From contig CAVZJB010000016.1 in assembly GCA_963775425.1 (NCBI GenBank), forward strand, positions 64,001 through 128,000: a DNA stretch of 64,000 nucleotides. Reading direction: 5' to 3'. Below the pieces are notes generated by a model. The model was given only the letters and a program-made list of their open reading frames with translations, had not been told where the DNA came from and made no database searches. This document shows, piece after piece, positions 32,583 through 42,706 of this stretch (the first letter of the stretch is position 1; each line of letters starts with the position of its first letter). Origin of the DNA: an uncultured delta proteobacterium. Its GTDB lineage: Bacteria > Myxococcota > UBA727 > VGSZ01. The position numbers were made by a program, and so were the translations under genes.

Positions 32583-33428
32583 TTGCAAGCGGAAGCGAGC
32601 TTCACCGCTTCCATGATCGCGACGGCGCGCGGGCTCGGGGAGGTGCTCCCCGAGGACGCGCGCCTCGCCGTCGATCCCTACGGAACCCGCTTCGCCACGC
32701 GCTGGCTGCGCTTCGTCGTGCGCCACGCGCGCTTGTTCGCGCCGCTCGTCGAGCGGATGCTGCTCACGGTCCAGGTGCGCACCCGCGTCATCGACGACCT
32801 GCTGCTCGCGTTCTTGCGCGAGGACGGCCGGCAGGTGGTGATCCTCGGCGCCGGCTACGACTGCCGCGCCGCGCGCTTCGAGGACCGCATCGCCCAGGCG
32901 AGCGGGCGCGTCTTCGAGGTGGACCACCCGGCGACGCAGGCGGCGAAGCGGGCGTTGGTGCCGCCGCCGCCGTCGGTGGCGAGCCTGGCGTGGGACTTCG
33001 AGGCGCGTGACGCCGGCGCGCTGCCCGGGGCCCTCGCCGCGCTCGGCCACGACGCCGGGGCGCCGTCACTCACCGTCTGGGAGGGCGTGACCATGTACCT
33101 CAGCGAGGCCGCCGTCGACGCCACCGTGCGCGCGGTGGCGGCGCTCTCGGCGCCGCGCTCGACGTTCGTGCTCACGTACTTCACGCCGCGCGCGTTGCGC
33201 CCGCGCGGCCTCCTCGACCGGCTCGCGCGGCGGGTCGTCCTCGGGAAGGCCGAGCCGCTCACGTTCGCCTTCGTCCCCGACGCCGTGCCGGCGTGGCTGC
33301 AGGCGCGCGGCTTCTCGCTGGCCCTCGACGCGTCGCTCGACGAGCTCGCGCGCACGCTCTTGCCCGCGCGCTACCACGGGCTCCTCGACGGGGACGCGCT
33401 GCACTTCGCCGTCGCGCGCCGGGATTGA
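32583..33428 (+). CDS. SAM-dependent methyltransferase (LCM-like family)
   Basis: RTRVIDD, QVVILGAGYDCRA, FEVDHPATQ, WEGVTMYL. Confidence 0.9.
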   Translation: MQAEASFTASMIATARGLGEVLPEDARLAVDPYGTRFATRWLRFVVRHARLFAPLVERMLLTVQVRTRVIDDLLLAFLREDGRQVVILGAGYDCRAARFEDRIAQASGRVFEVDHPATQAAKRALVPPPPSVASLAWDFEARDAGALPGALAALGHDAGAPSLTVWEGVTMYLSEAAVDATVRAVAALSAPRSTFVLTYFTPRALRPRGLLDRLARRVVLGKAEPLTFAFVPDAVPAWLQARGFSLALDASLDELARTLLPARYHGLLDGDALHFAVARRD

Positions 33429-33439
33429 GCGCCGCCGGC

Positions 33440-34105
33440 CTACGCGAGCCCGGCGACGAAGTCGGCCGTGGCCGCGGCGATGGCGGCGACGACGGCGCCG
33501 TCGCTGGTCCCGGAGGCCTTTGTCACGTGGAAGCCGTGGTCCGCGTCGTCGATCCAGACCTGGCGCCACCGGGTGCCGAGGGGCTTCACGGCGCGCTCCA
33601 TGAGGGCGCGCGTACAGAGCGTGTCGCGCGTGCCGTTCACGCACAGGACGGGCACGGTGATCGCCGGCAGGTGGGCGTCGCGGAGCTTCTCGGGGTGGCC
33701 CGCGGGGTGGAGCGGGTAGGCGTACAGGAGCAGCGCGTCGCAGGGGAAGCCCTCGGCGGCCATCATCGACGCTGCGCGGCCGCCCATCGAGCGGCCGCCG
33801 ATGAACAGGCGCCTGGGGCGCAGCTCGGCGCGGACGCGCTCGACGACGGCGCTGGTGCACTCCATGAGCCGGGGCATGCGGTCGGGGCGCTTGGACTTCT
33901 TGTCGGCGTAGAAGAAGTTGAAGCGTACGACGCTGAGGCCGCGATCACGGAGCGCGCCGCCGAGCGCGAGCATCGCGCGATCGTCCATGTTCCCGCCGGC
34001 GCCGTGGGCGCAGACGAAGACGTCGTCGGCGCGCGGAACGTGCGGCGCTTCATCGAGCTGCGCGTGCGTGACGTCGTCGCCGACCTGGATATGCCACGGT
34101 TTCAC
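33440..34105 (-). CDS. Alpha/beta hydrolase (KANL3/Tex30-like)
   Basis: AHGAGG, GGRSMGGR, YPLHPAG, GTRD, DADHGF. Confidence 0.9.
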   Translation of the reverse strand: MKPWHIQVGDDVTHAQLDEAPHVPRADDVFVCAHGAGGNMDDRAMLALGGALRDRGLSVVRFNFFYADKKSKRPDRMPRLMECTSAVVERVRAELRPRRLFIGGRSMGGRAASMMAAEGFPCDALLLYAYPLHPAGHPEKLRDAHLPAITVPVLCVNGTRDTLCTRALMERAVKPLGTRWRQVWIDDADHGFHVTKASGTSDGAVVAAIAAATADFVAGLA

Positions 34106-34137
34106 GGCACCCTGCGTGGCACGCCGCCGCCCCGGGC

Positions 34138-34574
34138 TCAACGGCGCACGGCGAACAGCGGCGCGAACGCAGCGCGGTGGGCCCACGCGAGCGCGAGCAC
34201 GAGCGCGACGATGACGACGGGGAGCGGGAGGCCCTCAGGCGCGAGCGCGACGTGGAAGGCGACGATGTTCACGAGGAGCGGCGCGAGCAGGAGGAGCGCC
34301 AGCGGCACGCAGCGGTCCGCGAGCAGGAGCGCGGCGGCGGCGACCTCGACGACGGCGAGGAGCGGGAGCATGTAGCGGTCTGCGCGAGCGCGCCGAGGAA
34401 GGCGCCGGCGCCGGCGGACGGCGGCGTCTCCGGGTGCGGCAGGAAGTCGAGGAAGCCGTTGAGGCCGAAGACGAGGAACGCGAGCCCGAGGAGCACGCGG
34501 GCGACGGGAACGGCGACGGGCCGCAGGCGGCCGGCGGCGCGGGGAGCGGCGGGGGTGAGGGTGCCGGTGGTCAT
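34138..34574 (-). pseudogene. DoxX-like membrane protein split by a 1-bp deletion
   Basis: N-half (ARVLLGLAFLVFGLNGFL...FLGALAQT) and C-half (YMLPLL...NIVAFH) are in different frames. The junction reads ACC GC TAC ATG where ACC GGC TAC ATG (TGYM) would be in frame. Confidence 0.8.
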
Positions 34575-34685
34575 GGGATCTCCTGGGGTTCGTCGAGGCG
34601 ACGAACGGGACGCGGCCGGATCGACACGCGGATCCGGTCGCGCTGCGCGGTGGCAGCGCGGTCGTGCGGGGGCTAGAAGGCGACG

Positions 34686-35612
34686 ATGACGTCGCTGGTT
34701 CGCCGCCTCGTGAAGCGCCCCTGGGCGCCGCAGCTCGATCCGATCGTGCGCGACGCCATGCTCACGGTGGCGCGCGCGCGGCGGCGCGAGCACCCGGCGT
34801 CACAGGCGGCGACCGAGGCGCTCTATCGCCGCTGCGGGTCCGTGCGGCCGCTGCTCCTCGGCCACCGGGGGGCCATGGCGCGCGCGCCCGAGAACACGCT
34901 CGGCGCCTTCCGCGCCGCCGTCGACGACGGCGCCGACGGCTTCGAGCTCGACGTGCAGCTCACCGCGGACGGCGTCCCCGTCGTCCTCCACGACGACACC
35001 CTCGACCGCACCACCGACCTCAGCGGAAAGCCCATCCGCTACGCCGCCGACGAGCTCGACGACGCCGACGCCGGCTCCTGGCTCCCCGGCTGGCCCCGCG
35101 AGAAGGTGCCGCGCCTCGCCGAGGTCTTCGACGCGCTCGGCGCCGGCCACGTCGTCAACGTCGAGCTCAAGGGGCCGACGCCGCTCACCCTCGGGCTCGA
35201 GCGGCGCGTCCTCGACGTCATCCGCGCGCACGCGGACGCGGGCGTCATCGTGTCGAGCTTCCACCCCGCGCAGCTCCTCGCCATCCGCATGCTCGCGCCC
35301 GAGGTCCCCATCGGGCTCCTCGTGAGCCCGCACAGCATGCTGCCGCTCCGCACCGGCTGGGCCGCGGCCGCGCTCCTCCCCGACGCCATCCACCCGCCGA
35401 GCTCCCTCATCGACGGCGGCTTCATCGCCATGGCCCACCAGGCAGGCATGCGCGTCCACGCCTGGGCCGTCGGCGGCGACGAAGACACCGCGCGCCTCCT
35501 CGACCTCGGCGTCGACGGCCTCATCGTCGACGACGTCGCCGCCACCGCCGCCGTCTATCGCGATCGCGGCTACTCGCTCGCGTCCCGCGGGGATCAGTCG
35601 GTGTCGCGGTAG
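34686..35612 (+). CDS. Glycerophosphodiester phosphodiesterase
   Basis: GHRGA...PENTL, ELDVQLTADG..VVLHD, NVELK, VSSF, GVDGLI. Confidence 0.93.
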   Translation: MTSLVRRLVKRPWAPQLDPIVRDAMLTVARARRREHPASQAATEALYRRCGSVRPLLLGHRGAMARAPENTLGAFRAAVDDGADGFELDVQLTADGVPVVLHDDTLDRTTDLSGKPIRYAADELDDADAGSWLPGWPREKVPRLAEVFDALGAGHVVNVELKGPTPLTLGLERRVLDVIRAHADAGVIVSSFHPAQLLAIRMLAPEVPIGLLVSPHSMLPLRTGWAAAALLPDAIHPPSSLIDGGFIAMAHQAGMRVHAWAVGGDEDTARLLDLGVDGLIVDDVAATAAVYRDRGYSLASRGDQSVSR

Positions 35613-36076
35613 AGCGCCTCGAGCGCGCCGGCTTCGAGCGCCGGCGCCGGGGCGAACGCCTTCGGCCCGTCGTCCACGAGCACGGGGGCGGCGGTGAGCC
35701 ACCCCGAGGCGCGGATGCGGCCGGCGGCGTCGAGCCTCACCCAGTAGCGCACGACCTCGGGCGCCCCCTCGGGAGCGCGGAAGATGCGCGCGGTGAACTC
35801 ACGGCGGCCGGGCCCCGGCTCGACGTCGACGGCGTCCTCGTTGAGCTCCGCCTTCCAGAAGTCGTAGTCCCACAAGGGCGGGGCGGCGGTCTTGCGGGCC
35901 GGCTGCTTGCCCGCGGGCAGGCCGAGCCAACGCGCGAGGGTGCGGTGGAAGAAGCCGGCGCTGACCTCGACGTCTTCGGCGGGCGGCTCGAGGCTCGCGA
36001 GGGCCGCGCGCACGTCGAGGCTGTCGGTCTCGTCGTCCCGGCCCTTGCCGCCTCTCCGGCCTCCGCGCGTCGCCAC
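35594..36076 (-). CDS. Hypothetical protein
   Basis: 160-aa ORF with globular-looking, Trp/Tyr-containing sequence and host codon usage. Confidence 0.55.
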   Translation of the reverse strand: MATRGGRRGGKGRDDETDSLDVRAALASLEPPAEDVEVSAGFFHRTLARWLGLPAGKQPARKTAAPPLWDYDFWKAELNEDAVDVEPGPGRREFTARIFRAPEGAPEVVRYWVRLDAAGRIRASGWLTAAPVLVDDGPKAFAPAPALEAGALEALYRDTD

Positions 36077-36165
36077 CGAGCGACGCTACCGCCGAACGCA
36101 CCGGCGATGCACGAGCGGCTCACGTCGAGGCAGCAGGCCGCTCGACGACGGGCGTCGGGAATGCG

Positions 36166-36999
36166 CTACGCGGCGGCGTCGGCAGGGCCCGCGGACGCGT
36201 CTTGGGTCGTCGTCACGTCGGTGCGCGGCAGGCGCAGGGCGATGGCGTCGCGCAGGCGCTCGGCCTCGACGATGAGGGCGTCGCCCTCGTCGTCGTCGGC
36301 GCCGTCGGGGGCGGAGTCCCACTCGCGCAGGGAGTCGATGACCTTCACGCAGGCGGTGAGCGCGCGGCGCAGGTGGCGCACCTTGTCGTTGGCGCTCTTC
36401 GGGCGCAGGTGCGCCGGGATGGAGTCCTTCAGCGTGCGGCGCAGCGCGCTGGCGGTCTCCCCGTCGAGGGCGGCCTGCTTGAGGGCGAGGTAGGCGTCCT
36501 CGGGGACGCGCTGCTCGTCGTAGTGGTGCTTGGCTTCCGCGAGCACGTTCACGGCGCCGAGGTCCGGGGTGTGCGGCGGCCGCTTCGACGCTTGCGCCTT
36601 CAGCGGCAAGAGCTCCGGGGCCTCTTCGCCGAGCCACTGGAAGGAGCGCACGAGCTTCTTCGCCGTCGACGACGTCACGTGGACCTCGTCGGCGCAGTAG
36701 CGCTCGAAGCTCGCGTAGCCCCAGCCGCGCCACAGCCCGGTGCGCAGCACGTCGGCGAGGTGCTCCCCGAGGATGATCCAGCTCGACTTGAAGGCGAGCG
36801 CGGCCTCGAGCACGCGGTAGCGCGGCGAGTCCGCGTCGAGCTCCCGCATGCGGGCCATGATGGAGACCTCGGCGCGCGACAGGTCCGTCTGCTTGGACGG
36901 CGCCTTGCGCGGGGCCACGCTCTTTTTCGGCGGCGCCTTCGCGCGAGGGGGCTTGTGGATCTGCTTCTTGGGGGGCTTCTTCTTGTTCGCGCGCGGCAC
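36166..36999 (-). CDS. Hypothetical protein, possibly DNA-binding (basic N-tail)
   Basis: FKSSWIILGEHL...WRGWGYASFERYC..E...TAKKLVRSF motif and Lys/Pro-rich N-terminus. Start uncertain. Confidence 0.7.
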   Translation of the reverse strand: MPRANKKKPPKKQIHKPPRAKAPPKKSVAPRKAPSKQTDLSRAEVSIMARMRELDADSPRYRVLEAALAFKSSWIILGEHLADVLRTGLWRGWGYASFERYCADEVHVTSSTAKKLVRSFQWLGEEAPELLPLKAQASKRPPHTPDLGAVNVLAEAKHHYDEQRVPEDAYLALKQAALDGETASALRRTLKDSIPAHLRPKSANDKVRHLRRALTACVKVIDSLREWDSAPDGADDDEGDALIVEAERLRDAIALRLPRTDVTTTQDASAGPADAAA

Positions 37000-37076
37000 G
37001 AGGGCTCCGAAGCGGGGGACAAGCCCCGCCCAGGGGGCAGGGGACAAGGCGGTGTCGACGAGCGCTCGGCGCCGCG

Positions 37077-38918
37077 CTACCTGCGGGGGCCTCGGCCTCG
37101 GCGCGGGCGACGTCGACCGGGCCCGCCGCCGCCGCCGGGGCCGGACTTGGCGGGCTCGCACGCGATGGTCATCGGGACCGGCTCGGTCTCGCCCTCGGGG
37201 ACCCACGTCTTGTCGCCGCGGGGCTTGCCGTTCACGCCCGCGATCACCTGGTCGGCGACCTCGAGGTCGACCTCGACGTGGCTCGAGTGATCGCGCACGT
37301 CGCCGTGGCCGGTGAAGTGGCCGGCGTCGACGCCCGACATCGCGGCGAGCTTCTCGATGAGCGCCGTGAGGTCGGGGACGCCGTCCTCGCGCCCCAGCGT
37401 GACGTAGAGGTTGCGCGAGGTGCTCTCGGGGGCCTCGGCCTCCTCGGCTGCCTCGACGGGAGCGCCCTCCTCGCCCGGCGGGCGGTCGTGGCGCGGCCGG
37501 TCCGAGCGCGGGCCGCGCTCGCGGCGCGGGCCGCGCTCGCGCTCACGAAAGCCGCCCTCGCGCTCGCCGCGGGGCTCCGACGCCGGGCGCGGCTCCTGCG
37601 CGTAGTGGGTGCGCAGCAGGAACGCGAGGATCTCCTTGGCGTCGCCGCGGGCGAGCATGGACTCGGCCACGGGGCGGTATTGCTCCATCTCGACGCCGTC
37701 AGCGGCCTCGAGGATCTGCACGGCGAGACGTTCGGCCTGCATCCAGAGGATCTCCTTTTCGTCGGGGAGATCGATCTCCTCGAACGGAACCTTGAACTGC
37801 TTTTTGAGGTTGGACAGGTGCGCCATGTACTTGCCGCGCACCAGGGAGACGGCGACGCCCTTCTTGCCGATGCGCCCCGTGCGTCCCACGCGGTGGACGT
37901 AGACCTCGTCGTACTCGGGCAGGTCGTAGTTGAAGACGTGGCCGAGGTCGCTGATGTCGATGCCGCGGGCGGCGATGTCGGTGGCGACCATCAAGTCGAG
38001 CTCGCCGGCCTTCACGCGGGCCAGCGTGGCCTCGCGCGCGCGCTGGGGCATGTCCCCGTTCAAGGCCTCGCAGCGCCACCCGAAGCGGCGCAGGTACGAG
38101 GTGATCATCTCGGTCTCGTCCTTGCGGTTGCAAAAGACGATGGCCGACGTGGGCTTGTGCAGCTCGAGGACGTAGAGGAAGTTGCGCGGCTTGCTCCAGC
38201 GCTCGCTCTCGTTGTGGAGCACGTGCCGGATGGTGGTGACGTTGACGGTGTCGCGCGACAGATCGATGCGCGCCGGCTCATGCAGGTAGCGGGATGCCGC
38301 GCGCTCGATCTGCTCGGGGAGCGTGGCGGAGAACAAGAGCGTCTGCCGCTTGTCGGGGAGCTGATCGAGGATGGAGGTGACCTCGTCCCAGAAGCCCCGC
38401 GAGAGCATCTCGTCCGCCTCGTCGAGCACCGAGAAGCGAATGTCATCGAAGCGCAGGTGACCCTGACGAAACAGATCCTTCACCCGGCCGGGCGTACCCA
38501 CCACGAAATTGGCGCCGGCGTGGAGGGCGTCGATCTGGGCGCGCATGGAGGCGCCGCCGTAGATGGTGACGACGCGCACGCCCTTGTGGTGCCCCAGGCG
38601 CGCGGCCTCCGCCGACACCTGCAGCGCCAGCTCGCGGGTGGGCGCGAGGACGAGCGACTGGGGCGAGCGGACCGCCGGGTCGATGTTGGTGAGGAGGGGC
38701 AGGCAGAAGGCCGTGGTCTTGCCGGAGCCCGTCTTGGATTGGACCATGACGTCGCGCCCGGACTTCACCGGGGCGAAGACCGCGCGCTGGACCGGGGTGG
38801 GGCTCGCGTAGCCCAGGTCCTTCAGCCCGAGGCGGAGTGCCTCATCGAGGTCGAATTCGTCGAAGGAGCCGCTCGGCGTCTGGGTGTCTGCGGGAGCGGC
38901 GTCGGGGGTCTCGCTCAT
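37077..38918 (-). CDS. DEAD-box RNA helicase with C-terminal DbpA-like RNA-binding domain
   Basis: Q motif, KTGSGKT, PTRELA, TPGR, DEAD, SAT, ARGID, HRVGRTGR. Confidence 0.96.
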   Translation of the reverse strand: MSETPDAAPADTQTPSGSFDEFDLDEALRLGLKDLGYASPTPVQRAVFAPVKSGRDVMVQSKTGSGKTTAFCLPLLTNIDPAVRSPQSLVLAPTRELALQVSAEAARLGHHKGVRVVTIYGGASMRAQIDALHAGANFVVGTPGRVKDLFRQGHLRFDDIRFSVLDEADEMLSRGFWDEVTSILDQLPDKRQTLLFSATLPEQIERAASRYLHEPARIDLSRDTVNVTTIRHVLHNESERWSKPRNFLYVLELHKPTSAIVFCNRKDETEMITSYLRRFGWRCEALNGDMPQRAREATLARVKAGELDLMVATDIAARGIDISDLGHVFNYDLPEYDEVYVHRVGRTGRIGKKGVAVSLVRGKYMAHLSNLKKQFKVPFEEIDLPDEKEILWMQAERLAVQILEAADGVEMEQYRPVAESMLARGDAKEILAFLLRTHYAQEPRPASEPRGEREGGFRERERGPRRERGPRSDRPRHDRPPGEEGAPVEAAEEAEAPESTSRNLYVTLGREDGVPDLTALIEKLAAMSGVDAGHFTGHGDVRDHSSHVEVDLEVADQVIAGVNGKPRGDKTWVPEGETEPVPMTIACEPAKSGPGGGGGPGRRRPRRGRGPRR

Positions 38919-38983
38919 CGGCCGACCACCCTACCCGGAAGCAGCCCGTTGTAAAGCGAGAATCCAAAGGGCAAAACCCGGGG

Positions 38984-40369
38984 ATGAAGCGCGCCCTCGC
39001 TCTTTCCCTGGCCCTCGGCGCCCTGGCAGCGGGCTGCGACCGCTGCGCCGTCGAGCCCATCACCTCAATTCCGGATGCCGTCGATCAGGTCGACGTGTTC
39101 GACCAGAAGCAGGCCGCCGAGGTCGACGTCCTGTGGATGATCGACAACTCGCCGTCGATGGAGGCGGAGCAGAAGAAGATCGCCGAGCGCTTCAACGACT
39201 TCTTCAACGAGCTGCTGGTGTCCGCGGTCGACTACCACATCGGCGTCATCTCGTCGGACGCCGCCGAGGGCGGCGTGCTGCGCGCCTACACCGGCCCGCC
39301 GGTGGGCGGCTGCAACGGGTGCCGCTTCGTCACCAAGGACACGCCCTGCGACAACCCCTCCGTCGACATCTCGGGGCTCAGCTCGGAGCAGGAGATCGAC
39401 GACAAGCTGGCCACCGAGTGCCCGGCGCAGCTCGTGTTCAGAAACCTCGCCCAGACCGGCAGCGACGGGCCGCCCAACGAGAAGGGCTTCCTGCAGGCGG
39501 CCCAGGCGCTCGGCGTGGCCGACGTGGACCCGGCCACCGGGATGCCGCTCAACGACGTCCCCACCGAGAATGCGGGCTTCCTCCGGCCGGAGGCCGCGCT
39601 GTACATCGTGTTCGTCTCCGACGAGGACGAGGGCGAGAAGGAAAACGGCGCGCCCGTCCGCTACTACCAGCGCCTCTTCGAGAGCCTCAAGGGCGCCGGC
39701 AACGAGAACAAGGTCGCCGTCGCCGCCATCACCGGCTTCCCCGACGCCGACCCGCCGGCGCCGCTGGCGGACGTCTGCAGCATCCTGCAGACCACCTTCG
39801 ACGCCAACAACGCCAACGACGACCCGCGCGCCAACGCCCTGGTGGAGGCGCTGCGCAACTACCCCGACGGCTGCAACGACGAGCAGGCGGGCCCCAACGA
39901 CAGCAACTCCTTCGCCGAGACCGGCGGCCGCTACATCGAGCTCGCCTGCCGCACCGGCGGCGTGATCGCCGACATGTGCAAGGCCGACTACAGCACCGCC
40001 CTCGACGCGCTCGGCGCCAACGCCGCCGGCCTCCTGCGCAAGTTCACCCTCAGCTTGAACCAGGCCGACATCGAGTGGGGCAGCGACTGCATCCCCGACA
40101 CCGCCGACGACATCGCGCTCGACTGCGACGAGGACGGCAAGAAGGACGGCCCGCTCGACGGCCCCATCTGCGTGAAGGCCCTCGGCATCCAGGGCGCCTG
40201 CGAGTCCACGGACAGCGCGCACCTCGTCCCGCGCGACGACAACTGCGGCTGGACCCTCGAGGTCGCCACCAACTCCATCCGCTTCAACGGCGGCTTCATT
40301 CCGGAGCCCGGCACCCAGGTCGAGGTGCGCTACCTGAAGAAGCCCGCCAACCGCCGGTGCGGAGGATGA
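38984..40369 (+). CDS. vWA (MIDAS) domain lipoprotein
   Basis: Lipobox LAAGC; VDVLWMIDNSPSM (DxSxS MIDAS); FLRPEAALYIVFVSDEDE. Confidence 0.85.
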   Translation: MKRALALSLALGALAAGCDRCAVEPITSIPDAVDQVDVFDQKQAAEVDVLWMIDNSPSMEAEQKKIAERFNDFFNELLVSAVDYHIGVISSDAAEGGVLRAYTGPPVGGCNGCRFVTKDTPCDNPSVDISGLSSEQEIDDKLATECPAQLVFRNLAQTGSDGPPNEKGFLQAAQALGVADVDPATGMPLNDVPTENAGFLRPEAALYIVFVSDEDEGEKENGAPVRYYQRLFESLKGAGNENKVAVAAITGFPDADPPAPLADVCSILQTTFDANNANDDPRANALVEALRNYPDGCNDEQAGPNDSNSFAETGGRYIELACRTGGVIADMCKADYSTALDALGANAAGLLRKFTLSLNQADIEWGSDCIPDTADDIALDCDEDGKKDGPLDGPICVKALGIQGACESTDSAHLVPRDDNCGWTLEVATNSIRFNGGFIPEPGTQVEVRYLKKPANRRCGG

Positions 40370-41472
40370 GCCCCCGCGTCCTCTTCGCTGCCGCGGCGGT
40401 GCTGGCGCTCGGGGCGTGCCCGCGCGGGACCGACCTCGCCGACGGCCTGTGCCACTCGAGCGCGGACTGCCCGCAGTTCACGCAGTGCGACCCCACCGGC
40501 GTCTGTCGCTGCACCAGCGACGACGCGTGCGACGCCTCCGAGTTCTGCAACCTCGCCGGCTCCTGCCAGCAGAAACTCGAGTGCTTCACCGACGACGACT
40601 GCCGGAGCGCGGATGCCCCGTCGGCCATCTGCGACACGCGCCAGTTGCAGGAGGACCCGAACGCCCCCGACGATCAGGTGCACGCCAAGACCGCCGGCCA
40701 GTGCGTGACGCTGAACTCGTCCACGACGCAGTGCCTGATCGATTCGCACTGCCCCTTCGGCTTCTATTGCGACAGCGGCGTCTGCCAGGTGGGCTGCCGC
40801 GACAACGGCGACTGCCCCCTCGGCGAGCCCTGCATCGACAACCAGTGCAACCCCACGCAGGGGGCCTGCAACGAGCCCGGCTATTGCGAGTTCGGCCAGC
40901 TCTGTACGGCGAACGACACGTGTCAGGACCACGCCGATCGAAACACCCTCTGCGAGCCGTGCAAGGGCGACGACCCCCTCCAGAGCACGTGCGACACCTG
41001 CCTCATCGATCCCGCGGTGCCGTCGACGCCGTGCTCGTCGGACAGCCAGTGCTCCCAGGGCTACTGCGTGCACTTCCCGTGCTTGACCAGCAACGACTGT
41101 CCGAACGGGGAGACCTGCAGCGGCGGTGGGCTGTTCACGCCGGGCGAGTGCACCGGCCACTGCGGCGATTTCTTCTGCGGCAACGGCTCGTGCGACGATA
41201 CGACCAACCCGTGTCCGCGCGGCTACTCCTGCTTCACGCTCATCGTGGTGTCCAAGAACACCTGCACCCGCGGCGGCGGCCAGTGCGGCGCGGGCTCCTT
41301 GTGCAGCGCCGACGCCGCGGGCGAGCTCAACGAGAACGGCTCGTGCTCGTGCCTGTCGGACGCGGACTGCCCCATCGGCGTCACCTGCGTGAACCCGGGA
41401 CCGAACGGCGCGTGCGTCCAGGGGTCCACCTGCGGCCCCTCGAGCGGGCTGCAGTGCTCGGATCTCCGCTGA
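40366..41472 (+). CDS. Cys-rich repeat lipoprotein 1
   Basis: ATGA overlap with the upstream gene; lipobox LGAC; repeated C-x2-(D/N)-x-(D/Q)-C-P modules. Confidence 0.85.
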   Translation: MSPRVLFAAAAVLALGACPRGTDLADGLCHSSADCPQFTQCDPTGVCRCTSDDACDASEFCNLAGSCQQKLECFTDDDCRSADAPSAICDTRQLQEDPNAPDDQVHAKTAGQCVTLNSSTTQCLIDSHCPFGFYCDSGVCQVGCRDNGDCPLGEPCIDNQCNPTQGACNEPGYCEFGQLCTANDTCQDHADRNTLCEPCKGDDPLQSTCDTCLIDPAVPSTPCSSDSQCSQGYCVHFPCLTSNDCPNGETCSGGGLFTPGECTGHCGDFFCGNGSCDDTTNPCPRGYSCFTLIVVSKNTCTRGGGQCGAGSLCSADAAGELNENGSCSCLSDADCPIGVTCVNPGPNGACVQGSTCGPSSGLQCSDLR

Positions 41473-41485
41473 GCGAGGGGGAAGC

Positions 41486-42706
41486 ATGAGCGCGAGGCTC
41501 CTCGTCGTGGCGCTCGGCCTCCTCGCCGCCGGCGCCTGCAACTGCGGCGGCGGCGCCGGGCCGTGCACCGACGACGCGCAGTGCGACGCCACGGGGCAGG
41601 GCTTCTCCAAATGCAACCAGGACCAGGGCATCTGCATCTGCGTCGACAGCCGCGCCTGCGGGCCGAACGAGTTCTGCAACGGCGCCGGCCGCTGCCAGGC
41701 CGAGGCCGGCTGTGAGACCAACGACGACTGCGGCGACGGCGGCGACAGCGGGCTGTTCTGCGACATCACCACGTCGCAGTGCCTGAGCGTGCAGGAGTGC
41801 AACCCGCAGGGGGGCCACGTGTGTTGCACCCTCGACGACCAATGCCCGTTCGGCCAGATCTGCAACGACGTCAACCGCACCTGCACCGACGGCTGCCGGG
41901 ACAGCGGCGACTGCATCCTCGGCCAGGGCTGCGCGGGCGCCGGCTTCGGCCGCCTCGGCACCTGCGGCACCGCGTGCACCGCCGACAACCAGTGCCCGTT
42001 CCAGGACCTCTGCAACCTCGGCACCGGGCTGTGCGAGCTCGACAGCCGCGGGCCCTACTGCCGCGGCTGCACCGGCGGCGCCAACAGCGACCAGTGCGAC
42101 CAGTTCGGCAACCTCTGCCTCGTCGACGAATTCAACCCCCCCGCCGAGTTCTGCGGCGTGGAGTGCGCCCAGGGACAGGCGTGCCCGAACGGCTACTCCT
42201 GCCAGGACGTGATCATCGTGCTGCAGACGCACCAGTGCGTCGGGCCGGAGACCTGTCTGCTGCCGGCGGGCGCGTGCTCCCGGACCGGCGCGGCGTGCGC
42301 CGTGGACGAGGACTGCCCCCAGGGGCCGCCGGGCGGCGATTGTCCGGCGAAGGTGGGGCGCGTCGGAAGTTGCGCGGTCGATCAATCCATCGACTGCGCG
42401 AACGACGCCGACTGCCCCGAGGGCGGCTGCAACGTCACGCAGTGCGCGGGGAGCGAGGGCGGCCAGGTCGGCTTCTGCACCTGCACCAAGGACTCGGACT
42501 GCCCCGCCGACACCTGCAAGGAGGCGGACGTCTCGGACCCGGCGCACCCGGTGCGCGGCCACTGCGAGCTGTCGGGCCACCCCTGCTTCCAGGACAGCGA
42601 GTGCGACTTCATCGCGTGCGTCGAAGGGGGATGCCTCATCGGGCAAAACTGCGCCCCGGCCAACGATCGGAGCTGCGCCCAGGTGCAGAGCTCGACGTCG
42701 CCGTGA
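41486..42706 (+). CDS. Cys-rich repeat lipoprotein 2
   Basis: Lipobox AGAC; about 58 Cys in 406 aa by manual count. Confidence 0.85.
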   Translation: MSARLLVVALGLLAAGACNCGGGAGPCTDDAQCDATGQGFSKCNQDQGICICVDSRACGPNEFCNGAGRCQAEAGCETNDDCGDGGDSGLFCDITTSQCLSVQECNPQGGHVCCTLDDQCPFGQICNDVNRTCTDGCRDSGDCILGQGCAGAGFGRLGTCGTACTADNQCPFQDLCNLGTGLCELDSRGPYCRGCTGGANSDQCDQFGNLCLVDEFNPPAEFCGVECAQGQACPNGYSCQDVIIVLQTHQCVGPETCLLPAGACSRTGAACAVDEDCPQGPPGGDCPAKVGRVGSCAVDQSIDCANDADCPEGGCNVTQCAGSEGGQVGFCTCTKDSDCPADTCKEADVSDPAHPVRGHCELSGHPCFQDSECDFIACVEGGCLIGQNCAPANDRSCAQVQSSTSP

